Of a stretch of 64,000 bases of DNA, positions 28,238-38,206 are shown piece after piece (within the stretch, counting starts at the first letter, position 1; every line of letters begins with the position of its first letter). Made by a program: the position numbers and the translations under genes. The notes under the pieces were generated by a model that worked only from the letters and a program-made list of their open reading frames with translations, did not search any database and was not told the origin of the DNA. This stretch comes from an uncultured Thermodesulfobacteriota bacterium (lineage in GTDB: Bacteria; Desulfobacterota; DSWW01). The DNA lies in assembly GCA_964384945.1 (NCBI GenBank), contig CAYLMK010000001.1:125859-189858 (forward strand), read 5' to 3'.

Positions 28238-28312
28238 TGGCTGGGGTGGGAGGATTCGAACCTCCGAATGCAGGAGCCAAAGTCCTGTGACTTACCGCTT
28301 GTCGACACCCCA
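28238..28312 (-). tRNA. tRNA-Gln (anticodon UUG)
   Basis: Minus-strand read TGGGGTGTCGACAAGCGGTAAGTCACAGGACTTTGGCTCCTGCATTCGGAGGTTCGAATCCTCCCACCCCAGCCA. Anticodon loop CTTTGGC. Close match to E. coli tRNA-Gln1. Confidence 0.85.
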
Positions 28313-28398
28313 AGAGCGGGCCCAACCGGGTTCTTCTCGTATCGGGTTATTATAATGCTCGGGCTGGAAAAGGCAAAAACCGCCAAAAGGCGTCCGGG

Positions 28399-28695
28399 CT
28401 AGGTCTCGGTGCCTGTGGGCGATTCGCGCAACCGATCCAATTCCTTTCGGTATTCGTCGAGCACGCGCTCTTCGATCATCCTGCGCGTGGAGTTGTTCAA
28501 GGGATGAGCGGTGTCCTTGAAGGTGCCGTCTTTTCGTTTCTTGCTCGGCATGGCCACGAAGAGCCCCGTATTGCCGTGAATGATCTTCAGATCCCTGACG
28601 ATAAAACAGTCATCGAAAATGATGGTAGCATAGCCCTTCAAACGCTCCTCGCTCACGGGGAATACTCTGACCTCGGTGATCTTCATGATGTTCAC
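28399..28695 (-). CDS. spoVG: septation protein SpoVG
   Basis: MNIMKITEVRVFPV...LKGYATIIFDDCFIVRDLKIIHGNTGLFVAMPS. Confidence 0.9.
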   Translation of the reverse strand: MNIMKITEVRVFPVSEERLKGYATIIFDDCFIVRDLKIIHGNTGLFVAMPSKKRKDGTFKDTAHPLNNSTRRMIEERVLDEYRKELDRLRESPTGTET

Positions 28696-28938
28696 TCCCT
28701 TGCCCGGCTTCCTGCCTGCGAGCCCTCCGTGGTTTGGCGCATCTACAAAGCCGTTTTCCCGCCCCCTGGGCCAAGCCGACGGAAGGTCCCCCGAGGAGGG
28801 CCCGTCCCTCCCGCGACATCCGTCAGACGTTGCGGCCCCGACCCTTCTATCCTATGGGAACACCGCAGGGCTGCGGTTTTCGTCCCTGCCGGGGAAACGC
28901 ATCCACGATAAGGGCTAATAGATAAATTACTTTTTTAA

Positions 28939-28950
28939 CTTTGCGCAAAG
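28939..28950. promoter_or_regulatory. perfect 12-bp palindrome CTTTGCGCAAAG in the AT-rich divergent spoVG/murG promoter region (candidate operator)
   Basis: Seen directly; the sequence is self-complementary. Confidence 0.35.
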
Positions 28951-29201
28951 CATAGGATCTTTCATCGGAATTGTCAACAAAAAATTCGCCGTCAAACCGT
29001 CCGAGCCCTTCCAGGAGGCCACGACAGGGCGCCGGGGTCCCCCGCGTTCCGAAGGGACCGAAGGATGGGCCCGCAGGTCCGGGCCTCCCGGCCGCCGTCA
29101 CACAGACCCCTCACCTTGCATTCCGGGGTCGGTATCCATATCATAGTGCTTCGCGCGGCCGGCTAAAACATCTTTTCCAATCCTTTGATTACGGACCGAC
29201 C

Positions 29202-31313
29202 ATGGACACGCGTTCTCCTGCGGAACCCCTGCGCTACCTGATCACGGGCGGAGGAACCGCCGGCCACGTCTACCCCGGGCTTGCACTGGCGGAAGGCATT
29301 CGGCGCCATGAGCCGGATGCCGAGTTTCTGTTCGTGGGGGCTCGAAGGGGCGCCGAAGAAAGGATCGTACCCGCACAAGGACATGCGCTCCAGACACTTG
29401 CGGTCAGGGGGATCCCGACCACGACGGGTCCCTTCCTGTGGTTGCAGACCATCTGGCGCCTCGGCGTATCCCTGCTGCAGGCAATCCGGCTGATCCTGCG
29501 GTTCAGGCCCCATGCAATCATCGGAACGGGCGGGTATGCGAGTGCGCCGGTGCTCCTGGCGGCCGTTGTCCTGCGAAGCGTCCGGCTTTGGAAGGGGGTT
29601 CTGAGCCTGCATGAGGCGAACATCATCCCGGGCAGGTTCAACCGGTGGATGTCGGGGTGGGCGGACTTCACGGGCACGAGTTTCCCGGAGACCCTCCGGT
29701 TCTTCTCGAAGAAGAATTCTTTCTGGACGGGCTACCCCCTGCGAAACGATCTGGAGGCGTCCTCGAAACGCAGAGGGCGGGACCGTGAGGAGCCCAAGAG
29801 GCGCCTGGGGATTCCCCCGGCGGGCGAGGTTCTTCTCGTTTTCGGGGGAAGCTCGGGGGCCCGGACCATCAACCGTGCCGTGTTCGAGGCGCTCCCAAGG
29901 CTCCTGCAGCGCGAGGGGCTCACCGTCTTTCACGCCACCGGACACCCGCAGGCGGCATACGACCCGGGGGCGGAATTCCGCGAACTGCTGCCCGGACTGC
30001 CGGTCGACGCGAATGTCGTGCAGTCGCGGTATCGCCGGGAGGAGTATCTGCATCATATCGAAGGCTATTACGAAGCGGCCGACATCGTGGTCTGCCGATC
30101 CGGTGCGGGCGCGATCTGGGAACTCGCCGCCTACGGCACGCCGTCGGTTCTCATACCGAAATCAAACCTGCCGGGGGACCATCAGGTCAAGAACGCCTAC
30201 TTCCTCGCACGCCGGGGACAGGCGCGCATTCTTTTCGAGAAACGACCCGTTCCGCCGGAGCCGGCGGGCTCGGAATCGGTCGATCCGGATGCCTTTGCGG
30301 ACGCCGTTCTGTCGATGCTCGACCGAAAAGGCGGCCCCGAGGATCGCAAGAAGGGCACGCCGGCGCAATCGGAGATCCCTTCCGGGAAGGATCTCTTCTA
30401 CGCTCTTATCCGGCGTTTCCGGGAACGGGGGCGGGCCGAGCCGCCGATCCCGCAGGCAACGGCGGGCCCCGGATGGCGCGAGGAAAAGCCCGGCAGCACC
30501 GCGGCCCGCACCGGGATCGAGTGGATCGGCGCCGAGGCGCTTCTCACCCGTCTGGAGGACGACCGGAAACATAAGCGAGAGCTGCCTGAGGAGGAAAGGG
30601 CATATCTGAAATACAAGACCGATCAACTGCTCGCCTCGCCCCGCTGGCAGGACAGAAACGCGGGGGTCAAGCTCGTCGGAGTCATCGGCTACCGGGAGAG
30701 ACTCCCCACGTTGCTCTACATGGTCACGGACCGCACCCCGGCGGCCTGGCACCGGAGGCTGCTGGGCGGGGACTTTGAACAGGTGGGATTCATACGACGC
30801 AATGCACTGCAGGCCGTATGGCGGCTTCGCACGTGCGGTCCCGCCGTCAGGGAGGCCCTGCGAATCGCCCTGCGGGACCCTTATTACGAGGTGCGGTCCT
30901 GGGCGGCCCGCGCGATCGAAAGGCTTTCCCCGGAGATCGGGGAGGACGAGGAGATGGTTCGCCTGCTGCGAAGGAACCTGAAGGACCGCTGGTTCGAGGT
31001 GGTCGTATCCTCGCTGAGGGCCCTGGCCATGATCACGAAGGATCCGAACATCCTCTCCGACCTGATCCCCCTTCTCAGCCACAAGAACTGGAAGGTGCAG
31101 CAGGCGACGGTCCGCTGCCTGACGAGGCTCATGCAGGCCGATGTCATCCGTCTGTCGAAAGAGGCGGAGGAATGGGTCAACAAGATCCCGATGAAGGGGC
31201 TGGACTTCTTCCCAAGCTTCCCGCTCAAGCAGACCTGGGAAGACTTCCAGCGTGTGCTCTCCGAGAAGGCGGCATGCGAGAGGCCGCCGGAAACGAACAA
31301 GGGGGCCTGCTGA
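29202..31313 (+). CDS. murG: MurG (GT28 UDP-GlcNAc:lipid I transferase) fused to a C-terminal HEAT-repeat domain
   Basis: ITGGGTAGHVYPGLALAEG N-motif and SGAGAIWELAAYGTPSVLIP...HQVKNA C-motif of MurG. Followed by about 250 aa with HEAT/PBS-lyase-like repeats (YYEVRSWAARAIERL, WFEVVVSSLRALAMI, NWKVQQATVRCLTRL). The track N-terminal 77 aa were rejected. Confidence 0.75.
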   Translation: MDTRSPAEPLRYLITGGGTAGHVYPGLALAEGIRRHEPDAEFLFVGARRGAEERIVPAQGHALQTLAVRGIPTTTGPFLWLQTIWRLGVSLLQAIRLILRFRPHAIIGTGGYASAPVLLAAVVLRSVRLWKGVLSLHEANIIPGRFNRWMSGWADFTGTSFPETLRFFSKKNSFWTGYPLRNDLEASSKRRGRDREEPKRRLGIPPAGEVLLVFGGSSGARTINRAVFEALPRLLQREGLTVFHATGHPQAAYDPGAEFRELLPGLPVDANVVQSRYRREEYLHHIEGYYEAADIVVCRSGAGAIWELAAYGTPSVLIPKSNLPGDHQVKNAYFLARRGQARILFEKRPVPPEPAGSESVDPDAFADAVLSMLDRKGGPEDRKKGTPAQSEIPSGKDLFYALIRRFRERGRAEPPIPQATAGPGWREEKPGSTAARTGIEWIGAEALLTRLEDDRKHKRELPEEERAYLKYKTDQLLASPRWQDRNAGVKLVGVIGYRERLPTLLYMVTDRTPAAWHRRLLGGDFEQVGFIRRNALQAVWRLRTCGPAVREALRIALRDPYYEVRSWAARAIERLSPEIGEDEEMVRLLRRNLKDRWFEVVVSSLRALAMITKDPNILSDLIPLLSHKNWKVQQATVRCLTRLMQADVIRLSKEAEEWVNKIPMKGLDFFPSFPLKQTWEDFQRVLSEKAACERPPETNKGAC

Positions 31314-31314
31314 C

Positions 31315-32427
31315 ATGTTCCAAGCGCTTTACGGCTGGTTCTACGACCCGGAGGGACCGTTCTCGTTCATCCGGCTCTTTTATTACATCAGCAGCCGGAC
31401 CGTCTTTGCGATCATCACCTCCTTCGTCTTCACGCTTCTGGCGGGAAGGCCGTTGATCCGGGCCCTGTACCGGATGGGGATGCGGGACACGCAACGGGCA
31501 GAGATGGTGGAAGCGCGGGAACACAAGAAGGGGGGGACGCCCACCATGGGAGGCGTCATCCTCTTCTCGGCCACCATGCTCTCCGCTCTCTTGTGGTGCG
31601 ACCTGACGAATCGATTCATCCTCTTTCTTCTGGCTGCCTCCGTGTGGTTCTTCGCGCTCGGATTCTGGGACGATATGCGTAAGATCAGGCACCGGGACAG
31701 CAACAAGGGCCTTTCCCGAAGAATGAAGTACGCCGGACAGATCTCCTTCGGCCTGCTCCTGAGCCTGTTCTTTCTCCATCCGTCGACCTCCCCGGTGCCC
31801 GCTACGGTGGTCTCGAAGTTCTATATTCCTTATTACAAGTACCCCCTTGCGGATCTCTCCTGGGGATACACGATCGTGATCGTGCTCTTCGTCGTCTACG
31901 CAGCGAACGCGATCAACTTCGCAGACGGAATGGACGGGCTCGCCATCGTCCCTTCCGCGTACGCCATCGGCGTCTATGGAGTTTTCGCGTACATGCTGGG
32001 TAACGCAAAGTACAGCCAGTATCTCATGTTCGATTATCTGCCCGGCTGCGGCGAGGTGAGCATCCTGTGCGCCGCCCTGCTCGGTGCCTGTGCCGGATTT
32101 CTTTGGTACAACAGCTATCCCGCTGAGATCTTCATGGGCGACACCGGATCCATGTTCCTGGGGGGTGTCCTGGGAACGATGGTCGTGCTCCTGAAACAGG
32201 AGGTTCTTTTTCTCATCGTGGGCGGCATCTTCCTCGCCGAGATTCTCTCCGTTGCGCTCCAGGACTGGATCGGCATCCAGCGAACCGGACGGCGATTCTT
32301 GTATCGGGCGCCCCTGCACCACACGTTTCAGTACCAAGGGCTGGCCGAAACCAAGATCACGGTGCGTTTCTGGATCGTCTCCGGCGTACTCGCGCTGTTG
32401 GCGCTTGGGTCGTTGAAGATCCGTTGA
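31315..32427 (+). CDS. mraY: phospho-N-acetylmuramoyl-pentapeptide transferase (MraY)
   Basis: KKGGTPTMGG, NAINFADGMDGLA, MGDTGS and PLHHTF motifs. Its ATG lies 1 nt after the murG stop. Confidence 0.8.
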   Translation: MFQALYGWFYDPEGPFSFIRLFYYISSRTVFAIITSFVFTLLAGRPLIRALYRMGMRDTQRAEMVEAREHKKGGTPTMGGVILFSATMLSALLWCDLTNRFILFLLAASVWFFALGFWDDMRKIRHRDSNKGLSRRMKYAGQISFGLLLSLFFLHPSTSPVPATVVSKFYIPYYKYPLADLSWGYTIVIVLFVVYAANAINFADGMDGLAIVPSAYAIGVYGVFAYMLGNAKYSQYLMFDYLPGCGEVSILCAALLGACAGFLWYNSYPAEIFMGDTGSMFLGGVLGTMVVLLKQEVLFLIVGGIFLAEILSVALQDWIGIQRTGRRFLYRAPLHHTFQYQGLAETKITVRFWIVSGVLALLALGSLKIR

Positions 32428-32533
32428 GCGACCCGGTTGACAGGGCAAATCGCTTGCCGCTAAAGTGTTGGATTAGCGTTTTGCACGCCGGGAGTTCCCT
32501 GTACCCTCAGTTTCCCCAGGAAAGGATGTTAGG

Positions 32534-33589
32534 ATGGCCGGATTCCATGTTGCCGTCGTAGGCGCCACGGGCGCCGTCGGGCAGGAGATGCTTGCGATCC
32601 TCGAGGAAAGAAAGTTTCCTGTGAAATCCCTGCGGCTGCTGGCGTCAGAGCGTTCCGTGGGAAAGGTCTTTTCCTTCCGCGGGCAATCCGTGGAGGTTCA
32701 GGAACTCAAGCGAACCTCTTTTCGGGGGATCGACCTCGCCCTGTTCTCGGCGGGCGCCGACAGGAGCAAGCAGTTCGCGCCGGCTGCCGTGAAGGCGGGG
32801 GCGGTGGTCATCGACAACAGTTCCGCCTTCCGGATGGAGTCTTGGGTGCCCCTCGTGGTGCCGGAGATCAACCCGGAAGAGATCGGGAACCATCGAGGCA
32901 TCATCGCGAACCCCAACTGTACGACCATCGTCACCCTGATGGGCCTCTATCCCCTCCGGTCGTACGGAATCCGAAGGATCATCCTGTCGAGTTATCAGGC
33001 CGTCTCCGGTGCCGGGGCATGGGCCATCGAGGAACTCCGAAGGCAGACCCTCGCGTGGGCGCTCCAGGAGATCAAGAACGCGACGATGGGGACCCGGGAG
33101 GAAGCCGTACTGCGGGCCGAGAAGTTTCCCCACCCGATCGCTTTCAACCTGATTCCCCACATCGACCGATTCCTGGACGGCGGATATACGAAGGAAGAGA
33201 TGAAATGCCTGTTCGAGTCCCGGAAGATCATGAAGCTGCCGGATCTGAAGGTCTCGGCCACCACCGTGCGGGTGCCCGTATTTCGCTCGCATTCCGTATC
33301 GGTGCACCTCGAAACGGAAAAGCCCCTGTCGGTGGCCAGGGCCCGCTCCCTGATACGCAAGGCAAAGGGGGTCCGGCTCTGCGACGACCCTGCGAAATCC
33401 AAGTACCCCACCCCGGTCCAGGTGGCGGGCAAGGACGACTGCCTCGTGGGCAGGATCCGAAAGGACGATACCGTACCGAACGGGCTCTGTCTGTGGATCG
33501 TGGGCGATCAACTCCGGAAGGGGGCGGCCCTGAACGCGATTCAAATCGCGGAGTGCCTGTTCGGGACCGGGCCGGCGTCGAAGGCCTGA
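32534..33589 (+). CDS. asd: aspartate-semialdehyde dehydrogenase
   Basis: VAVVGATGAVGQ Rossmann motif, catalytic NCTT (C) motif and HS...V motif. A TTGACA-N17-CTAAAG candidate promoter lies upstream at about 32440-32470. Confidence 0.95.
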   Translation: MAGFHVAVVGATGAVGQEMLAILEERKFPVKSLRLLASERSVGKVFSFRGQSVEVQELKRTSFRGIDLALFSAGADRSKQFAPAAVKAGAVVIDNSSAFRMESWVPLVVPEINPEEIGNHRGIIANPNCTTIVTLMGLYPLRSYGIRRIILSSYQAVSGAGAWAIEELRRQTLAWALQEIKNATMGTREEAVLRAEKFPHPIAFNLIPHIDRFLDGGYTKEEMKCLFESRKIMKLPDLKVSATTVRVPVFRSHSVSVHLETEKPLSVARARSLIRKAKGVRLCDDPAKSKYPTPVQVAGKDDCLVGRIRKDDTVPNGLCLWIVGDQLRKGAALNAIQIAECLFGTGPASKA

Positions 33590-33614
33590 GCCGGCCGCTC
33601 CCCCCTCGCATCGA

Positions 33615-34964
33615 TCAGGAAGCGGCCTGAAACACGCCGCGCTTCGTGCGGAGAGGGAATTGCAGGATCTTCCGCGGGTCGCCCGACCCGTTCCCCTCGA
33701 AGGACGGTTCCGCGGAAGGACGGTTCAGGACCATGCCGTAGGCATCCAGGATGCGGCGAAGGGAGTGGTATTTCGCCTCGATCGACTCGCATACCGAGTC
33801 ATAGCCCCTCCTGGCGGCCCGATGCCGTTCCCGCAAAGAAAGGGGGTTCATCTCGAAGAACCTGTAGTCGTACTCGTTGGGTTCGATGAGGAGGATGTCC
33901 CCTCGGAAGCGAGGGTCCCTGCGGTAAAGTTCGATTCCGTAATCGAGCCTCGTGTGCAGCAGGATCCGGAAGACCTGATTGAGCACCGAAAAGACGCCCT
34001 GGTCAGCGAGGTGCTTCCCTTCGACGACGTGTTTCTTCTTCTCCCGGGAATACCGTGAAATGACCTTGTTGCGGAACGGCCGGAACGGATTGTAACAGAT
34101 GATCAGGTCTGCGCCGCCCTCGACCGCCACGTCGATGTTGGCCGTCTTTCGAACCCCCCCGTCGACATAATCCACCCCCTGGATCCGGGCAGGCCGGTAG
34201 AAACCGGGAAGGGCCGTGGATGCCTGAACCGCCTGCGAGATGGTAAGGTTGTTGTTCTGGTTGTATCCGAAAACGACCCTTTCCGCCGTATCCAGATCGG
34301 CGGCGACGATGTAGAGTTCCTTCCCGGTCAACCGGTACAGGGAGGTGAAATCGTTCGGGAGGCGGTTCCTTTCGAAGGTCTTTCGGAGCGCCGACTCGAT
34401 TCGGTCGTTTCGGAAGAGCCCCCGCGGAAGATAGTCGGGCGGGGAGGGAAACTGGCGGGTCATCCCCAGGATTCTTCCATATCTCGTGAGCAACCGGTTG
34501 CAGGCCTCGAAGGAAGGATGCCGCAGCAGATCGAAGAGCGAGCGGCGGAAATCCTCCTTCAGCAGGCTGTTGGACAGGAGGGCCCCGAGCAGGAACTCGG
34601 GAAGGAAATCAAGGAAATCCCATAGGAAGTGAAAGGGACCTTTGATAAAATCGATCAAGTTGGGATTGTAGAAATCGAGGAAGCCGATCCCATGCAGGTG
34701 ACCGGATTCCCCGTCGATGCTCTCCAGCATCTGGCCGGGACCGATTCCGTTCGCCAGCAGCGAAGCAATGATGGAGCCGGCGCTGAGTCCCACGAAGGCA
34801 TCAAAATCGGTCACCTTCCGATTCTGGAGGCAGCTGTTCAGGGCGTGGAGACCACCGACTTTGTATGCCCCGCCGGTTACCGCCCCGCCGGCCAGCACGA
34901 CGGCGACCTTCGGATTTTCCTTGGGACGGCGAAGATCACTCTTCTGTACGATGGTGATTCCCAT
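33615..34964 (-). CDS. patatin-like phospholipase family protein
   Basis: GGAVTGGAY glycine-rich loop, GLSAGS nucleophile elbow (GxSxG), DGG catalytic Asp motif. Confidence 0.85.
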   Translation of the reverse strand: MGITIVQKSDLRRPKENPKVAVVLAGGAVTGGAYKVGGLHALNSCLQNRKVTDFDAFVGLSAGSIIASLLANGIGPGQMLESIDGESGHLHGIGFLDFYNPNLIDFIKGPFHFLWDFLDFLPEFLLGALLSNSLLKEDFRRSLFDLLRHPSFEACNRLLTRYGRILGMTRQFPSPPDYLPRGLFRNDRIESALRKTFERNRLPNDFTSLYRLTGKELYIVAADLDTAERVVFGYNQNNNLTISQAVQASTALPGFYRPARIQGVDYVDGGVRKTANIDVAVEGGADLIICYNPFRPFRNKVISRYSREKKKHVVEGKHLADQGVFSVLNQVFRILLHTRLDYGIELYRRDPRFRGDILLIEPNEYDYRFFEMNPLSLRERHRAARRGYDSVCESIEAKYHSLRRILDAYGMVLNRPSAEPSFEGNGSGDPRKILQFPLRTKRGVFQAAS

Positions 34965-35145
34965 TGCAACAAGGAGTACAAAATCCCGATGTTTGTGGGT
35001 TCTTCCGGGCCACGAGGGGCATTCTTGAATCGCAATGCATCATTCTAATAGGTTTTCGGAGAAAGTAAAGAAATGTTTGGGATTCCTTCTTCTCTCCCCG
35101 CTTCGGTGAATCCGAACATACGAACGTAACAAAGACACCCGGTTT

Positions 35146-37626
35146 ATGAACTCAAAGAACGGAAGAAGCCCGATGATCGTCCCTGACGAGCCCTTCGCGG
35201 ACAGGGACTCCCTCCGGCAACTCGACTGGCCCTGGCTTCTGGACCAGATCCGCCAGAGGCTTCGAACGGCGCCCGCACGCGAGGACTGTGCAGGCCTCCT
35301 GTGGGCATCGACCCGCGACGAGGCCCTCCAGACCATGCGCGAGGTCGAGGAAGTTCGAAACCTGCTGGACAAGGGAACCCCCTTTCCCCTGGGGAATCCT
35401 CCCGACATCCGGGCTCTGCGGCCCCGCATCGACAAGGGCGCGATCCTGGGACCCGCGGAACTGCTTGACATCGCCTCCTGGATGGAGACGGTGGAGGCCT
35501 TGAGGAAGTTCCTGGTCATGCGCCGCCAGCAGGCGCCCCTGCTCTATCGATACGCCGAGACGGCCCCGTCCCTGTCGCATCTCGTCTACGACATCCGCAG
35601 CTGCGTGGACGAGAAGGGAGAGGTGCGCGACGAGGCAAGTCCGGAACTTTCCGCGCTCCGGAAGCGGGCCAGAAAGGTCCACCAGGAAATCCATCAAAGG
35701 CTCCATGCGTATCTGACGGAGAAGGATTTCGCCGACATCCTCCAGGATCGATTCTACACACTCAAAGAGGACAGGTACGTTCTGCCCATCAAGGCCCACC
35801 AGCGCGGGTTCGCGGACGGAATCGTCCTGGGCAGCTCGAACAGCGGTGCCACACTCTTCATCGAGCCCCGGGAGATCGTCGAACTCAACAACACCTACAA
35901 ATTGGCTCTGCTCGACTCCCAGCGGGAAATCAACAGGATTCTGCTGGGCATCGGTGATCACCTGCGGCAGGATGCTTCGGAAATCGACAAGGGAGAGGCC
36001 TTTCTGACCCGGCTGGACCTGGTGCAGGCACGGGCGAGCTTCTCCAATGCCCTGAAGGCGAACGTGCCGACCCTGAATCGCGAACAGGGCATCCGGCTTC
36101 TCCAGGCCCGTCATCCCTTTCTCTTCCTGACCCGGGACCGTCTTGTGCCGAATGATATCCGGATCGAGCCGCCGAACCGGACCTTGCTGATCACGGGACC
36201 GAACGCGGGAGGCAAGACGGTCATTCTGAAGACCGTCGGTCTCCTCTCCCTGATGGCGAGGGCCGGCTTCGCTTTGCCCGTTGCCGAGGGTTCGAATCTC
36301 CCCTTCTTCGACCGCATCTTCTCGAACATCGGGGACAGCCAGAGCCTGGAAGAGGACCGATCCACCTTTTCGGGTCATGTGCAGCGGATCGTCGATTTCC
36401 TCGCCCGCATGCAGGACACAAGCCTCGCCCTGCTGGACGAAATCCTCATCGGAACCGATCCGGAGGAAGGGAGTTCTCTGGCGCAGGCGGTTCTCGAACA
36501 TCTCGCGGAAACCGGATCGTTCACCCTGGCCACGACCCACTACATCGCCCTGAAATCGTTGGCGGCCCGGCAGTCAGGCATCCGGAACGCAGCCCTGGGT
36601 TTTGATCCCCACACCCTTCGGCCCACCTACCGGCTGATCCCGGGCGTCCCCGGAACGAGCAATGCCCTGGCGATCGCGAGCCAGCTCGGCCTTCCCGCCC
36701 GCATCCTCGAAAGGGCCCGGTCCCTGCGGGGCGACAAGGGCGCGGACATCGAAGGGCTTCTTGTCCAGATCCAGGCCGTCAAGAAGGAGGCGGAAGCGGA
36801 GAGGGATCGGTGGAAGAAGGCCTCCGAAGAAGTCGAGGCCGCTTTGCAGGCGGTTCGAAAGGAACGGGAAGAGGTGGAGAGCCGCGAGAGGGAATTGAAA
36901 AGGAGGTATCGGGACAGATTGGAAGAGGCCTTCCGGGAGGCATTGCGGGAATTGCAGCGACTGCGATCCCAGGCCCGCCCCGAGGCCTCCCCCTCGTGCG
37001 CTGCGGTATCCAGGCAAATCAGAGAATACAGGGAGACGCTGACCTCCGAAGAGGGAGCGTTTCATGACCCCCTTCCGGTTCCGCAGGCGGATCGCCAAGT
37101 CGACTGGGCCGAGGTTCAACGCGGGGACACCGTCCATCTGCCGGAGCTGAAGACGGATGCCAGGGTCCTGGCCCGACCGGACCGGAAAGGGACGGTCGTC
37201 GTGGAGGCAAAGGGCTTCCGGATGCAGGTGGAGGCGGACAAGGTCCTGAAACCTGCCGTGCAGAAGCGCACCATCAAAAAGGAGGACACGGGCCGCCGTG
37301 CGGGGTCGAACGTCTCCTGGGACCTGCAGGCCTCCGCCGAGCCCTCGCCCGCAGAGGGAGCCGGCTCCCCCCGTTATGACCTGCGGGGGCTGACCGTGGA
37401 AGAGGCCCTGCATCGAACCTCGCTGTGGCTGGACAGGGGATTTCGTGAACACGCGCCCCGCATGGTCTTGGTCCACGGCCTGGGGAAGGGGGTGCTGCGT
37501 GACGCGATCCGGGAGTCCTTGTCCCGGGTTCCGTACCCGATTTCCTTCAGGCCGGGACAACCTGCGGAGGGCGGCGACGGCGTGACCGTCGTCGAGTTCG
37601 AGCCGGCCGGATTTCCGGATCGATAG
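35146..37626 (+). CDS. mutS2: endonuclease MutS2 (MutS domains plus C-terminal Smr domain)
   Basis: Walker A GPNAGGKT, MutS ATPase domain, long coiled coil, C-terminal Smr (LDLRGLTVEEAL...LVHGLGKGVLR). Start may be ATG 35146 or 35173. Confidence 0.9.
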   Translation: MNSKNGRSPMIVPDEPFADRDSLRQLDWPWLLDQIRQRLRTAPAREDCAGLLWASTRDEALQTMREVEEVRNLLDKGTPFPLGNPPDIRALRPRIDKGAILGPAELLDIASWMETVEALRKFLVMRRQQAPLLYRYAETAPSLSHLVYDIRSCVDEKGEVRDEASPELSALRKRARKVHQEIHQRLHAYLTEKDFADILQDRFYTLKEDRYVLPIKAHQRGFADGIVLGSSNSGATLFIEPREIVELNNTYKLALLDSQREINRILLGIGDHLRQDASEIDKGEAFLTRLDLVQARASFSNALKANVPTLNREQGIRLLQARHPFLFLTRDRLVPNDIRIEPPNRTLLITGPNAGGKTVILKTVGLLSLMARAGFALPVAEGSNLPFFDRIFSNIGDSQSLEEDRSTFSGHVQRIVDFLARMQDTSLALLDEILIGTDPEEGSSLAQAVLEHLAETGSFTLATTHYIALKSLAARQSGIRNAALGFDPHTLRPTYRLIPGVPGTSNALAIASQLGLPARILERARSLRGDKGADIEGLLVQIQAVKKEAEAERDRWKKASEEVEAALQAVRKEREEVESRERELKRRYRDRLEEAFREALRELQRLRSQARPEASPSCAAVSRQIREYRETLTSEEGAFHDPLPVPQADRQVDWAEVQRGDTVHLPELKTDARVLARPDRKGTVVVEAKGFRMQVEADKVLKPAVQKRTIKKEDTGRRAGSNVSWDLQASAEPSPAEGAGSPRYDLRGLTVEEALHRTSLWLDRGFREHAPRMVLVHGLGKGVLRDAIRESLSRVPYPISFRPGQPAEGGDGVTVVEFEPAGFPDR

Positions 37627-37732
37627 CCTGAAGGGAGGGCTCGCGTTCCGTCGGCTCGGCCCGATACGCTCCATGCGGGGGCGGAGGAAGGGGGTTCTTC
37701 GCGGTCGCCTGCGAGTTCCGGCTTTCCCTGCC

Positions 37733-38203
37733 TCAACCCGGTACCTTTCCGGGGCGCCACGGCAGTCCGATCCTGTCCCCCCCCTTCCGAATCAGGACGA
37801 GGGCCGCGACGAGCAGGAGGATGTCTTCGGCGAGAAGCTTGAGGCCGACCCTCCTGCCTCCCTGCGTGTTGAAACAGCCGCATTCGATGTCCAGCCCGCG
37901 AACGAGCGTGATGCTCACCGCGACGATGAACACGCAAAGAAGAAAGGCGGACACGAGCGCGGCCGACCGCACCCACTGCCCGAACAGGAGCAGCAACCCG
38001 CACAGACACTCGACCCAGGGGAGGGTCACCGCGACGAGGTTTACGAGGAGTTCCGGCAACAGCCCGTAATTGTCGATCGCTCGCGCGAAATCGTCCGGAC
38101 GAAGGATCTTGTCGAAACCGTACAGGAGAAACACGAGGCCCAGAAGAATCCGGGCGGCGGCCTCCATCACCCGATCTCTTCCTATATTCCGGCCGATCGT
38201 CAT
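37733..38203 (-). CDS. DoxX/MauE family membrane protein
   Basis: Four predicted TM helices and a Cys-containing loop (CGCF), typical of MauE/DoxX. Confidence 0.65.
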   Translation of the reverse strand: MTIGRNIGRDRVMEAAARILLGLVFLLYGFDKILRPDDFARAIDNYGLLPELLVNLVAVTLPWVECLCGLLLLFGQWVRSAALVSAFLLCVFIVAVSITLVRGLDIECGCFNTQGGRRVGLKLLAEDILLLVAALVLIRKGGDRIGLPWRPGKVPG

Positions 38204-38206
38204 GGT

